Source: Hydrurus foetidus
Lineage: Eukaryota
NCBI GenBank assembly: GCA_900617105.1
Contig: UYFQ01000056.1
Location: 1-64,000, forward strand
Reading direction: 5' to 3'
Length of the DNA: 64,000 bases
Shown here: positions 22,801-36,738 of the stretch, one piece after another
Position numbering within the stretch: the stretch's first letter is position 1
Layout: each line of letters opens with the position of its first letter
Position numbers and translations under genes: made by a program
The notes under the pieces: generated by a model
Databases searched by the model: none
What the model was told of the DNA's origin: nothing
The model's input: the letters and a program-made list of their open reading frames with translations, nothing else

Positions 22801-25800
22801 TGCTTTGAAATTGTTATTTGCTTAAAGAAATATTTTCAATGTTTGAAAGAGTGGGTCTAATTCGAGTTGTTTTATACACAGGCAAATTAGTGATGAAATT
22901 ATTTGATCATATTCACGAAATTGCGGAGGTAAGAAAATGCAAATAAAATGTAAAATTGTATTTATTGATGCTTTTCATATGTAGAGCTTACTTGCATTTT
23001 TGATATTAAAGACGTCTATTTTTTACCTTCTTTTACGGTAGTACACGTAACATAATCATACAGTGCCCCGTCTTATCTTATTTCATCTTATCCTATCTTA
23101 TCTTATCCTATCTTACCCTATCTTGTATCTCAATCAATTTCAATTTCAATTAACTTCAACATGATATCTTCAGTGCATATCCTGTCTTTTCATTTTATCG
23201 ACCTTTCTACGTTAGGATGAGGATTGTTTTGTAGCAGTTCTAATAGATGAAGTGGAAAGTATAGCGTCGTCTAGGTCGGTGCGTATCTTTTTTTGTCTAG
23301 TAATGTAACGTATCGTATGTTATTAACTCAAAATATGTGTTTATTTTCCACCTAATTTTAATCCGCGTTATTAATACGAGTACGAAGTCACTGAAAATGA
23401 TACATTACACCCACACAACAAGCATTTTTCTCACCTTTCAATACAGTTGGAAAATTTCCCTTATTCAGAGTATAATTTGATATTGCCGAAGTCACAACTA
23501 TATACGATAAAATCTGAAATACGACTTCTGAGGATTAGACCTATCAATCTATATTCGTCAAATATGCTTCTAGAGATCCCCCAAACTCAACTGCTGTCTT
23601 ACTGTGACCACGACAATATGAGCTGTAATGCAGGGGAGGAAAAAATCTTTTTCTTAGGTTTTCTTTTTCTTTTCTTCTTTTCTTTTTTCTTTTCTTTTTT
23701 GAAGATCCTCCTCGGCTAAGAGTAACGAACCGGGAGACGCAGTGAGAGTTGTTAATGCCGTACTGACTTCATTAGATGCACTGAGAAGAAGGTGAGAGAA
23801 CAATGTTGTATAATTGTTTTGTTACAGAAATCATAATCATACAGTTTTTATCAGAATATTACATGATTCTCAAGACTGTCAATTCTCTCAATTTCAAAGT
23901 GTTGCTATTTACACACGTTGCATGAATTTAGCAGAGGTTTCTCCTTTTTTTCTTATGTGAGATTTGACAGTTGCTGCACTTTTCCTAAGAGTGATAAAAA
24001 TGGAGAATTTGCTTACCTTTTGATAACAAGTTTGATAAGAAATCAGTGGGATAGTATAATAATTTTAATCATGTTGTTCTCTTTATGTTTTTGTTTTTGT
24101 TACTGATACTGTTATTACATCTGTGTGTCCCTTCAGGCCGAACGTACTTATTCTCTGTACGTCTAATATGGTGGATAGCATTGATCCGGTACGTGTGTAA
24201 ATAGGGGGAGAAAATGAGGGAGAACGCACTGGAGGGTAAGAGAGGGGAAAAATTGAGGAAGGGAGAGAGGTTACGAGAAAGGGAGGGTGAGAAGTAGAGC
24301 GGGAAGAAGAAGGGATGAGAGAGAGGGGAAAGGGAGATCATCAAGATCGGGATCAATCAATCAAAGATCGAAAATCGATCGGATCAATCAGATCAAAATC
24401 GGATCAAGGAAATCAAATCAATCAAAGATCAGGGGAGAGTGGAAATAAGAGAGGACAAGAGACAGTGAGGGAGGAACAGAGAGAGTAAGATAGAGGATTG
24501 GAAGGAAGGAAGGAAGGAAGGAGGGAGAGAGGGAGAGAGGGAATGTGGTGTAAGCGTAAAGATAGCACTGGTTGAGATTGAATGAACTTAGATTCACCTC
24601 ATGTCACTTCACTAACTATTAACTATCCCAATCATTTCCTCTCTCTCAGGCTTTCAGAGACAGAGTTGATTTGCAAATATTCCTCGGGCCCCCCAATGCT
24701 GCGGCTAGGTACGTCCGTACGCACGTCCGTCCGTTCGTCCGTAGATACACACATGTATGCATATTTATTCATTAATTGCATAATCATTCATTTTTGTTCT
24801 TTACAAAACTTCACAAATGTTAACATTTTCAAATATCAAAAACTGTCATATTATCGTGGACCTTGGACCCATAGATACCAGATATTGCGGTCCTGTGCCA
24901 TTGAGTTGATGGATAGAGGGATAATTTTGCCCAAAATGACAATAGCGAGTGACGGTGCAAATATGGCGAAAAAACATACAGAGGATGACACGCACACAGG
25001 TAGACATGTTGCGTATTTGTATGTGTTACATAATTAGTGATCCACTTAGCTGCTTAACTTAGTTATTTAGTTAGTTGGTTAGTTAGTGAATTAGTTGGTC
25101 AGTTGGTTAGTTAGTTTGTTTTTTCTTTAGTTCGTTTGTTAGTTTGTCATTTTTTAGTTTTTTTTGTATGTGTGCATGTATGTATCTCTGCGTGTGTATG
25201 CGCTTGAATTTTCGTTCAATTCCAACTTTTTTCCATCTTGAAGTGTTTTTAATTGCAACGGGGCGAAAAAGGTATTATGTGTTGCTATGTGTTGTCGTGT
25301 CATTCAATGCGAGTTCTTTTGGAGTGATTGTACATCTCAACGGTCGTGTTTACTTCATTTGTCGTTTTTAATCGGGTACCAGCCCCCACACAACAACACA
25401 CAGTATTTTACATGACTGAAAAAAACACTATCCGCCATGGGACTGCCCAGCATGAAAAATGAAGTGTGTTCTTGTGGGGGGGGCTGGCATCCGATTAAAA
25501 ACGACGAATGCATGAAACACGCCCCTTGATACGATGTGACAGAAATTACGTGTTACACTATTATATGAAATTTCCATCAATGATGAAGTGATTTAGAAAA
25601 ACATGAATTGAACTAAGTGACAATTTTTCTAAATTTAATTTTTTACGATTTTTACAGATAATCCGTATGCCGAGAATTTATATGAAAATATGTTGTATTC
25701 AATTGCTTGCAAATGCGAGGTAAGTTGTTTCAATTTATTCGTCCATTCTACCGTTGTCTAACATTATATACCATGCAATACATTGCGCTCTATTTGATTT

Positions 25801-27212
25801 GTTGATTGTATTGTATGAAATAAGCTTCATTGATTGATTCTGATTATGTTCTGTAGAATTTTATTAGACTTTCATATTGAGTACAATAAATTAATTGCAA
25901 ATCAGTGACGGCAACAAACGAATATTCTCATTTTGATTATTTGATTTTGTCCTTTTAATTCGGCAGTATGTCATTTATTGAGTATTATTGTTGCATCTAT
26001 TTTTTTCTTACATCTACCATTATACGTCTTTGAATGTGTTACATTTCCTTAAAAGTGTTGGACTGGTAGACTTACACATACACTACATCATGAATGAATG
26101 TTGTGATATTATTTTCTCAAATATTAAGTGTTACATTTCACTATTTTATTATTTTTCGACAGGAATAGATTTTTACTATCAATTAAATAATGACATTTAT
26201 TTAAAAGTGTTACACTTTTCCATTACATTTCAACAGGGAATGAGCGGTAGAGGATTGAGGAAAATGCCAGTCAAAGCTCATGCCTTCTTTCTTCAACGCC
26301 CCGTGGTAAGACTATGTAATAATTATTCTGTCTGAGTAGTCTCGATTTTTCACGGCTTATTCAGGCTAAGTTTAACCGCAATTTAATATCCGGTATAATT
26401 ATGCAGTGAGTCATTATACTTCGCTTCATTGTAAACTACACTATGCTAGACTATACCATACAAAAAAATGTACTAATCTAATCTAATCTAATCTTATCAT
26501 ATCTTTATCTAATCTAATCTTATCACATCTTTATCTAATCTAATCTTATCACATCTTTATCTAATCTAATCTTATCACATCTTTATCTAATCTAATCTTA
26601 TCATATCTTTATCTAATCTAATCTTATCACATCTTTATCTTATCTTATCTTTATCTAATCTAATCTTATCACATCTTTATCTAATCTAATCTAATCTAAT
26701 CTTATCTTTATCTAATCTTATCATATCTTTATCTAATCTAATCTTATCATATCTTTATCTAATCTAATCTTATCACATCTTTATCTAATCTAATCTTATC
26801 ATATCTTTATCTAATCTAATCTTATCACATATTTATCCAATCTTATCATATCTTTATCTAATCTAATCTAATCTAATCTAATCTAATCTATCTTATCTAA
26901 ATAATACACGCCTATACAGACACATACATAATGTTATATAATAAGTATCTACGCACACGTACACACGCACACACGTACACACACTTATATACATAATCGG
27001 TCTTTACCAGTACATCCCTCGCACCCCACCATACCCAATAAGAAAATAACCTTTATCACCCTTCTATAAACAAAAAATCTTAATCCAGTGAAACCTTTCA
27101 ATTTTGACCCAAGTTCTGATCGTTCTTTATTATTTTTTATTTTATTCGATAGGTGACACTTTTTGAATTTTTGACAGCACTAAAGCAAACAGCTTGTCTT
27201 GAGGAAAACTAA
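19886..27212 (+). CDS. PCH2: Pachytene checkpoint protein 2 / TRIP13 AAA+ ATPase, 14 exons
   Basis: Exons approx. 19886-20152, 20350-20411, 21297-21358, 22063-22155, 22516-22647, 22882-22928, 23216-23274, 23705-23790, 24137-24188, 24650-24707, 24876-24998, 25658-25719, 26237-26305, 27153-27212. They splice to give [62 protein letters not shown] and [11 protein letters not shown]. Confidence 0.95.
20972..21159. mobile_element. Palindromic MITE-like element in PCH2 intron 2
   Basis: ~80-bp imperfect inverted arms (ACGATTCCGGAATAAAATGAACCT...AGGTTCATTTTATTCCGGGATCGT) around a short spacer. TSD is unclear. Confidence 0.7.
21600..21740. repeat. Polypyrimidine low-complexity tract (intronic)
   Basis: Nearly pure C/T. 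A purine-rich counterpart lies at ~24200-24545. Confidence 0.9.
21977..22060 (+). repeat. ~19-20-bp tandem repeat x4 abutting a 3' splice site
   Basis: ACACTTTCATCACAACGCG-like units; the last partial unit runs into the acceptor AG at 22061-22062. Confidence 0.8.
25335..25530. mobile_element. Degenerate palindromic MITE-like element in PCH2 intron 11
   Basis: Inverted arms CGTGTTT..GTCGTTTTTAATCGG..CCAGCCCCC / GGGGGCTGG..CCGATTAAAAACGAC..AAACACG. Confidence 0.6.
26474..26900. repeat. Minisatellite built of ATCTA/ATCTT units (~26-bp period)
   Basis: Tandem ATCTTTATCTAATCTAATCTTATCA(C/T) in the last PCH2 intron. Confidence 0.9.
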
Positions 27213-28007
27213 ACACAAAAAACAGAATTAAAAATTAGAAAAAAAAGGAGCCGAACGGAATACATGTATTTCAAAAACGTGGTCTTTAGTACTACTGTCT
27301 CCTACGTAACTAAACCGCCTTGTTCTCTTTTTATTTGCGGGGAAATTTTTATTTTTTATGGTCTTAGAAAAGGTTCTCTATTCGAAAGAAAAGAACACTG
27401 TAGGTTTTAAAGATAACAACGAGTTTCAGGAAAGTCTCCGTCGGGTGTCATTTGAGACAATAAAAAACAGAAAGAAAGACGACAAAAAAGTTTCGATTAT
27501 GTTATATATATAGACGACGATAAAAGCGAGAATGGGCAGATGTGATCCCAAATATTTGAGTGTTCCCGTAAAAAAAGAATCACTTCTAAGGAATATTATA
27601 CTGGTGTTGCGCTGTGTAAGGAAACTGTATCACAGATATATTATTCATACATGTACTACGTAATATTGCATTCATAATATTAAGTTCATAGTCTCATAAT
27701 AATTCGTGGCGGCAGTTTATCTTATGATTTGATTCGAATTCTGCCTCAACTATGGCAATCAGAATCATCGTTTGTTGATTTAAGAATCGATGTTAGGACA
27801 TGTATTAGACTGGTACATAAAGAACATAGAGATGATCATCATAGAAATATCAGACTCGTACACTTCTCAATTGCAGAGGGATGAGAAGACGAGAGGTCTT
27901 CTGACAAAAAAAAATAGATAGGAAATCTTCTCCGCATACATAATCTCGCTCTTGAGCGTGGGCTGGAGCACATGAAAAATTGCCCGCGTAAAAAGTTGTC
28001 AAAAGCT

Positions 28008-28643
28008 CTATTTGTCAACGGGAACAAACCAACCCCACGAGGACATTAGACGAGACTTTAATTGACCTCTTGTCGTCGAGTAATTTTTCACGGTAGAATG
28101 ATCTTGAATCATGGAGAAGTCGGTTTGTTCTGGTGATCCTGCAGATAGACAAGATAAGATTGATTTGTTGCGCTGGATGGGCCTGCTCGGAAAGAATACA
28201 TCTACTTCAGGACTACAGCTCCTCGTAGTTGAAACATCGTAAGATTCCTTTAACGAATCATCCTTTGAAGTGATGCTGTCGAGCCTCATCCTTTTCATGC
28301 CTCCGCCTTCATTTTCATCTCTATCGGAGTAAGAATTAAGAGAGTAACCGGATGGCATGACTACTGAACGTCAGATGCCGTCTCCACAGAAATTTTCTAG
28401 AGGCGACTGATACTTCAACTCCCCCTTGAGCGTAGCGTCTGAAGTTATCGAGTCTTTTGTTTTTGATATGGTAACGAGTGAGGCTGCAAATCTATTTTGG
28501 CTACAGATTGTGCCATTCCCATTTGATTTAGAAATCGGATCGAAACGAATCGAAGACAAAATTTCGATAGGGGTCCGACGGGTCGGGTCGGTCAGGTCAC
28601 AGGGGAGGTGGAAGGGGTGGGGTGGAGCCCTTTCACTTTTCAC
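28008..28643 (-). CDS. Hypothetical Ser-rich protein; 5' end unresolved; in-frame TGA at 28371-28373
   Basis: Two ORFs in the same frame (28371-28643 and 28008-28358) separated by one TGA. C-terminus SSWGWFVPVDK. Divergent from the PRXL2 gene. Confidence 0.4.
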
Positions 28644-29102
28644 TGATGAGATACGTACCGTATGAGAACAACGAACAACGAGAAACAGGATTAAGTTTGG
28701 TACAAGGATGATGTGAAGATAAAAAAGTAAACGGGAGTTCCAAAAATATTATGATAGGCGGCAAGAAATGCATAAATAGTAAATAGTCATAAATAATAAA
28801 TAAGCCTGAATCGCCTGACCGTAACTTGTTGGACTCATATTACAATCGTCACAACGAGCAACGAGAGCATCCGTAACAAAAAGCTCATAAATATCACCTA
28901 TGGGAGGTATCCATGACAATTACCACATGACCCAGAAATCCCGTGAACTCACTCTTCTAATTTTTGAACTCGGAACCCAGAACTGAACTCGAACTTCGAA
29001 CTGAATTCGTTTGGCACATTCTTCGAATGCGAAAAACAAAAAGGGTGCTTCTCTATTTTCTATTTTCAGTGTACGTCAGCCACATTAATCGAATCCAACA
29101 GG

Positions 29103-30302
29103 ATGCGTCTCACACTTCAGAAAGCTTGCTGCATGCTGTTGATCTCAGCATTCCCTAAATTTCTCCCACGGTGTAACGCGTTGCCCGGTACTGTTCTATC
29201 AAGCAAGAAAAGCCTCAGTTCATCGGGAAATTTAATAGACATGATCGCTGTTTCCGATCTTTGCAAAATAAGCTTATCTTCGGTAGAGAACGGCGCATTG
29301 AAGGGAACTCCTGAAGTTGCGGCAGGTAAGACTAATCCACCTGCAGGTGCATGAACTCTACGACAACTAACAATTTTAACTTTCCTGTCTGGACCACAGA
29401 GACTCTCTGGGCTTCCGGACCCGCACTGATTTACGTCGTTAGGAGGCCAGGTTGTGCTTTATGCCGTGAAGAAGCGATCGGTAATAAATTTGATCCATAA
29501 CTCTGCTGTATCGAAGGAAGTCAAACCTCCTCACAAATTAATCGATTTCTTTTCAATAACCGCCCCCTCCTCACAAAGGCATCTCCTCGCGCTTCAAGAG
29601 TGGCGAGTTCAAGGGAGCAAAGCTATTCGGTGAGGATCTGTGTCTTGAGATGTGAGCCCTGCTTCTGTCACTGTAAAGACGCTTCGCTTTAAAAACGCTC
29701 TTTGGACCTCAAAATTTCAGGCGTTATCAAGGAACTGGCTCCTATCAAAGGAGCAGAAACTGACGAAATCTTGGGCGTCAACGAATTTCAAACCAAGTAC
29801 TTCCTGAATAATCCTCTGTACCACGACCCCAAATGGGAGTTCTGCGCAGCACTAGGTATCATTTTAGATATCAAATACATTCTATTTATCAGTCTCGTCG
29901 GAATCTCTGACGATTCGAGAATATTCTATACCCCTCAATTTGAATGGTCGATTACAGGAAATAAAAGTCTGTGGAAGCAGAGCCTTAGCACGTGGAATCC
30001 TTTTCAGCTGTACAGCGACTACCAGATATTGAAGAAGCGCATGGAGTCTCAGGTAAGAAGGGATCTTCGGAATGGTGCATTCGGGACAAGTTTCGGTAGA
30101 AAAATCATGCTCGCGAAATTCAACGCCGAATTGATAATCCGTTAACTTCTAGGGAATTGAAGGAAACTTGGTGGGTGAGGGCTTCATTAAGGGCGGCGTT
30201 CTGATCGTTTGTCCCACGAAAGGAGTAGTGTATCAACACAATGAAATGAGTGGTTCTCTTCTGCCTTTCGATGATATCAAGAAAATACTGGATAATCTCT
30301 AA
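29103..30302 (+). CDS. PRXL2A: Peroxiredoxin-like 2 / FAM213 (AhpC-TSA-like) protein, 6 exons, N-terminal extension
   Basis: Spliced product has LWASGPALIYVVRRPGCALCREEA, LFGVIKE and GIEGNLVGEGFIKGGVLIV. GT-AG introns; TAA at 30300-30302. Confidence 0.85.
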
Positions 30303-31016
30303 GAAACGCTCGATACCGCTCCCTCAACAGACCAATTTGTCCTCATAGAGTGACTTCTATGTTTCTATTTATTTTCCTTTGATGTCCAAAGTTATTTGTT
30401 ATGTTACGACCCAGGAGTTCGCATCCCAAACATCATTTTATTTTCACTGTACTCGGTTTCTCACCCAACAAGAGTATTTGAACGACTTTTACTCATCTCA
30501 GTGATTCTTAAAGCTGACATCATCTTTTAAATACTATGCACAATTATGGTCCTTCTGTCTGTATATTTCTGCTATCTTGTAAATAAAGCGAAATTGATGA
30601 AATCATTTTAACTGTTCCATGTTTTGGCTGGTTGATATCCGGAAGCCTGCCATAGAGGGTGATTTTTGAGGGAAGTAAAACTAATTTAATTTCAGCAGGG
30701 ACAGATCAGAAATGTCACGCAGATGAAAGTAATGTTTGCCATACAGCACAAAGCAGAAAGCGATCTACTAAAAAGTAATACAGTAAGTACGTTTCATATC
30801 GACCCTAAGCGTCCGTATAGTTCGTGCGTCACCGAAACCGGATACCGACTTTTGAAAACTCTCCAAGATCCTTTAATTTTCGTGGTCCATTCCCAATAAG
30901 CTGTCCAACGATTTTGATCACCCCAGTTACACCCATTTCTCCATCAATACAGGCTTCTTTGCTACCGACCTGTTATATAGCGACCCAGTTTCTAATTGAC
31001 TTGCTACATCAGAATC

Positions 31017-31773
31017 ATGGTGAGGAATCGTTGAGGGTGTGAATGTTCGCATTTGTTTTTTGGGAGTGGAAGAAGATGATTCTGGAGGAAGCATTTTAAG
31101 AGAGTATGAGATAGTGGAGTACTTGTTCTAATCGGTGATATCATCTTCACATAATAGGCTGAAGCACCTGTCAGAAAAGAAAAGACCGTTGAGGAGGTCA
31201 CCACTCTTGGCAAGAAAGTTGCCGAGGGAGAGGAATACTTCGCTGTAGCTCACATCTTCGCATCATTCAATGACACCTTCGTTGTAAGACAACTACTCAG
31301 ACGATATGATGAACGATCTGTTGCTTTAGTTGTGTGAAATCATCGATTATTATGAGAGCACCAAGGAATCTGTTGCTTGTCATTGATGATTAAAACTTAG
31401 TCTTGACGGCTCTCTTTCAAAATAATGTATTGTTATATTATAGCACATCACCGATCTTTCCGGTCGTGAGACTCTTTGCCGTGTTACTGGTGGAATGAAA
31501 GTAAAGGCTGATCGTGACGAGGCGTCACCCTATGCAGCAATGCTTGCCGCCATGGACGCTGCGGGTAAAGCGAAGGAACTTGGTGTTACTGCAGTGCACA
31601 TTAAAATGAGAGCAACTGGAGGAAACAGAACAAAGACCCCCGGACCTGGAGCACAATCTGCCCTCAGAGCTCTTGCCCGCGCTGGACTTAAGATTGGTCG
31701 TATTGAAGATGTAACCCCTATTCCAACAGACTCTACCCGCAGGAAGGGCTCTCGCAGAGGCAGAAGACTCTAA
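31017..31773 (+). CDS. RPS14: 40S ribosomal protein S14 (uS11), 3 exons
   Basis: Exons 31017-31019 (ATG), 31158-31283 ([13 protein letters not shown]) and 31444-31773 ([10 protein letters not shown]...[11 protein letters not shown]...[16 protein letters not shown]). Confidence 0.98.
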
Positions 31774-32437
31774 TTTCTTTGCTGTCTTTTTGTAAGTAAG
31801 TTATACTGGTTGCGGCAACGAAACGTCTCACCCTCTATCCTCAACGAAACTGGGACACATATTGCTTGCGCAATATCCACTTGCCTGCGAATCTGCCTGC
31901 AATCGTCATCGAGACTGAGTACTGTAGAATAATCAACCTCACAGTGGTAACGGAGTCAGCAGAGCTGTAGGCGGATTACGTAGTATCAGAAAGGTCTTGA
32001 GCCTGTACAGGTAAATTCATGCAGTGCGCCATGTCCTGAGATATTTAGACTGAACAGTACTTCACAGGAGGGCGTAAGACTGATTTCAATCCACGAAAGT
32101 GTGTACGATATGAACGAACGAACATACCTTCGACGAGCAACAAACGAAAAGACATCTCCCGAGCTATGAAGTCTAAAATTGCTCAGAGAAGAATTTACCA
32201 ATCACGACGACATCAGATACTGTTTTTAATCTGCCTTTTGGGAAGTTTCTTCTTCCCTACTCAATCATCGAGTAACAGGTACGCGTGTACGTTCCTTGGA
32301 AACTACCGTACGGTCTGTGAGCATCACTACTCATTACGCTTACTTTCCAATCATAATTGGCAAGAAAAAGTGGTATATGTCTCAGCGAAAGAATGAAAGG
32401 GTACATCGAAAAGAGGCATTTGGTATTTTATTACTGG

Positions 32438-35400
32438 TTATTTTGGAACAATCGACCTATACTCAATAATGCATTTAACGTTACTTTCCGCTATTAATCG
32501 GTAAACAGACCAAAGCGTGGTAAAATTTTTATTTAAATAATAGACAGGAGAGGAATTTTTTTTATTTTCATTTTTAAGAACAACGCTTAGTATGAGTTCT
32601 AAATTAAGTGGACCATATAAGATAGGATTTATTTTCGAAGTAGAGCTAGAACTTTTTACGGAATTAAATTTCGAAAATTCAATCTGTAGAATTTTTTTTA
32701 GCCCTCCTACGGTAATACTTTTATCACTTGAAAAAGATTCAAAAAATGAATTCTCAAGACATGGCAATCTATCTTCTTCAGGATAGCGTTGAAGACGAAA
32801 TCGAAACTTACCGTTTGTAGGTACGTACTCCCCGTCATCTTTCGAAATTGTTAAAGAAGAGGAAGATGAAGAAGAAGAAGTAGAGGCGGGAGAGGAGCAA
32901 GGAAATGAAGGGGAAGAAGAAGGACGAATAGATACAAATAATTGATCTTTAAGACTTCCTTTAGTCGACAAAGATGAGTGAATCATTTTCTCAGTTATTA
33001 TCAACCTCTCTTTTGTATCTTTCAACAACTCTTTTTCATATTCTTTTTCGTAATAAAAATCAAATTTTCTCTTTCCTTTTTGAGGTATTGTTGATTTTTT
33101 TCTATTGTTATTACTTTTTTGCATGTTCTCATCACGATTATCATTGTTATCGATAACACTATTACTACTATTATCATATTGATTGCTAGCGTTATTAACA
33201 TCATCACTGTCATTATCGTTAGTCCTGTCAATCATATCATCATTACAACCATCGTTATCAGCCACCTCATTCATTGCATTCTCTGTATCTAAATCATTTA
33301 GAGACGAATTTTCATTATTTACCACCGCAGAAATTGGCGACATTTCCTTGTTAACTTCAATCTCAGTACTCACCAATTTACTTAATGCGCTTACAACACC
33401 TCCTAAAACTGCGTGCACTTCGTCACTGCTATCAGAAATTTCGTTTCCATCTAACACTGCATCAGGATCACTGGAAATTTTTGTTTTTTTACTGGTGTGA
33501 AATTCTTCAAAATCTGTTGTCACAGATATTTCCCTCACCATAATATTATGCTGTGATAAATCAGTATTTTCATCCGGCACTATACCGTTATTTAGTACGT
33601 CATTAAGAGACTCAATACCATTGCTGGCATTTACACTATCAGAATTATCTTTAGAAATACTGATTTTTTCTAATTCCGTATTATGTATGACTCCACTGAT
33701 TTCCGTTTCATTATCGAAATATTTGGGACCTCCAATATCCAACAGTATTTCCGTTATTGGCCTCTTATTTAGTGCGTCATTAACAGCACTATTCACATTA
33801 ATCATCCCATTTTGATTTTCATCATTTTTGTCATGCATTTCAGCACGTCCTCTTTCGTTCCCCTCAAAATTTGAAGCAGGAATTATTGTAGAATTTGGCA
33901 ATACATTTGCATCACCTGAAATATCTCCATCCCCAGTAGGATCTTCTATTTCTAAACTGTCACAACAAGTAAATTTTCTTTTTGTCCCTCCTACTATATC
34001 AGGAATTTCAGCACTGTCGAAAGTGGTCAATTTTAAGGCTAATTCAGGGCTGTTCTTGTCCTTATCTTCACTCTCCAATATCACTGATGGATTTCTTTTA
34101 AAATTGTCGACTTTCTCCCTTTCCTCCCTTGATGAAGATTCTACATGGTTAGTAAGCTGATTTTTGTTTGCAGTGAAAATATTTTCACTCACCATTTCTT
34201 CAACTTTCTTTGATAAAATGTGTGAATCTTTTTGTTCTCCTTTTTTTTCTTCTGTATTCCCATCAACTTCTTTATTTCCTTGATTCTTTTCTCCATTCTC
34301 TTTTTCTTTTTCTTTCTCCGCTACACGTACTCTCTCTTTGTATCTTTCACGAGCAAGTTCAACACGATCATTTATCAAACTCCTTTCTCCTCTCCCAATA
34401 AAATCACTTGTTTGCATCTTGTCTGAGCAATTAACATCATTCAAATTATTTTCAGTTATTTCATCTTGATTATTTATGTACCCTTTGCCGTTATTTTCTT
34501 CTTCGATATCCATCATTTCCTCCTCTTTTTCTCTGCTCTCTTTCGCATGCATCGTTTCTCTTAATCTCCGTATGATTATCAACTGAAATAGAAAACAAAA
34601 CAGAAATAAATTTGACGTTCATTACAACATTTAATATTTTACACACCGAATATTAAAATATTAAAATATATATTAATATTTTAAAATACTTTTTCAGCTG
34701 TAATGAATCATGCAAATTATAAAAATCAAATTGTAACTAACAAAAGATCCTTACCGCATCGACAACAGTCTTTTGTGGTGAACTCCTGCTCCCATCTCCC
34801 ACACCATTTTTATTTTTATTTTCACGTTCTGAGTTTTTTTCATACGGAGAATTTTCATGTAATTTTTTTCCGCTATGAACCCCTTCAGAAGTAAGTCTTC
34901 TCTCTTCTGCCGACTTAGGATAGCTTGCCGCCACTGTTGAACATTCTTTTTCAGTGACATTATTGGACAGATTACTGGAGGTACTGAGCTCGGATTTTTT
35001 TCCACCAGAAGTTGAAGTTGAAGTTGTATTTACCGCAGCAGAAGAAGAACTGCTATTAGTGGAACTTACAACAGACCAATATATAGTCTCGAGAGCTGTA
35101 AATTCAGAAGATTCCTCAGATGCAGAAGTCTCGTTGTGCACTGTTCTTTGAATGAACGATTCTGATTCCTCTGGCGATTTCATTTCAGCCCACACTATTC
35201 TAGAATCATTGCATTCCTTTCCATCAGAAGCCGCCGGTGCATCAACAAAAGGCTGAATGGGCTGAATAGAGTGATTTCCTGCTGAGCTTGACGATGCTTG
35301 TATGGTCTTGTGACTTGTTGGATAAGTCGAAGCGAGAAGGTTCTGTTTTTCATTTTTGATTTTGATCTCAGCTTCTTTTGCTTCGGCATCCTTCGATATC

Positions 35401-35870
35401 AGCAGACTTTGATTTTCTCTTCTTGTCCGCTGTTTGTCCTGCATAATTCGCACTCTTTCACGATGACTTCTTCGTGCAGCATCCATGATTGCAGTTTTTT
35501 CAGTGCTGACATTGTCACCATTTCTTCTCGTCGTGTTCCTCGGGAAGAAAAGCTCTATCACTGCATCCATCGCATCATCTTTTCTGAGACTTCGGTTAGT
35601 CGTCAAATGAATACGGCACGATGGGCACTCACGCTTTTGATCAACTTGACGGAGATGTTTGTTAATGCACTCCTTACAGTATCTGTGAAGGCATCTTGTG
35701 ACCATCACGTTCTGCATCACATCCAAGCAAATTGGACAGGAGACCTCTTGTCTGATCTCAGCTAAATCTGTTGGCAGAAGGAAGATTTCTGCAGAATCGT
35801 CTTTTCTGCTCCTCGTCTCCATTTGCAACTCTAGAGTAGTGAGTCCCGGAATATTCGACCATGCGATCAT
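32438..35870 (-). CDS. RING1: RING1/RNF2-like E3 ligase (PRC1 catalytic subunit-like), 2 exons
   Basis: C3HC4 RING CPICLD...CLHRYCKECI...ECPSCR followed by RSLRKDDAMDAVI. Phase-0 intron 34583-34754. Long acidic, Asn-rich linker. C-terminal RAWUL-like ubiquitin fold (FRLQRYP...ITVGGLKKIL...IIEYR). Confidence 0.8.
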
Positions 35871-36738
35871 TTTCAGAAATTAGACGGTGCCCAAAATGTG
35901 TCAGTAAGTTTACTCTCGTTGTTTCAAAATGGCCGGAGATCAGAGTCAAGAAGTACGAAAAGAATCTCAATTACGTTGATCTAAAGGCTAAATGTTGTAA
36001 TGTGGCAAACCTTTCTGTGGGCTGTGGGCGTGGGTCAATCGAAACTCGAAACTCGAATGTGAAGTAACAGATAGTTACACGGTTTTTGAAATGATACGGT
36101 GTGGAGTGTGGCGGTGTTGGTGTGTTGGTGTGTTGGTGTCATCTTAGATCTGCGATTGACAATTCGTAAGGAGTGATTTGAGGATTGCATCTCCTCCGAG
36201 GAAATCATTCGCAAATTTGTTACACGTCCCTAAACTTCCAAGATTAAAAGTGGTGAGAAATTGTAAATTGGTAACCATCTACTGAACAACATCGAATGTG
36301 ATTGAGAGCTACCAAAAACGAGTATTTTCGTTTTCTTTATTAACATATTCGTGAGCTCAGAGCTCGTTTGCATAAGTGCTGAATACTTCCAACTTATTGC
36401 TAAACTAGATAGACTTCCCACGGCAACTACACTACATCTATGAGTTCAATTTTGCTAGTGCTTTGATTCCATGACTTTCTTTCGAATGACAGTATATTGA
36501 AAATGATGTTGTCCAACTAACTCGGATCGTATCTAATACAAATCGTGTCATATTTTGCATCAAAACTCAAAACTCGACCAAAAGTTTTTCAAGTGATTAA
36601 AAAAACGAATATTGGCCCATATCCGTGATTTACTCCGACAACATTGTGGTCCTTTCTTGACACACTTCGACTCGACTGCGGAGTAAAGTTCACTGGTCTC
36701 ATCGTCCTCCATAACTCCATAACCATCCTCAACTCAAA

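Noticed and set aside
21550..25371. Short ORF-track entries in low-complexity tracts (and antisense ORFs within TEs)
   Set aside because: Products of intronic purine/pyrimidine repeats or shadows of real coding strands.
26474..26900. CRISPR-like or telomeric array
   Set aside because: No unique spacers and no telomere motif; it is an intronic minisatellite.
28371..28373. Selenocysteine codon
   Set aside because: No redox motif context or SECIS recognised.
31284..31443. Box C/D snoRNA in RPS14 intron 2 (ATGATGA, TTGATGA)
   Set aside because: No canonical CTGA box D, terminal stem or recognisable rRNA guide; needs an Infernal/snoscan search.
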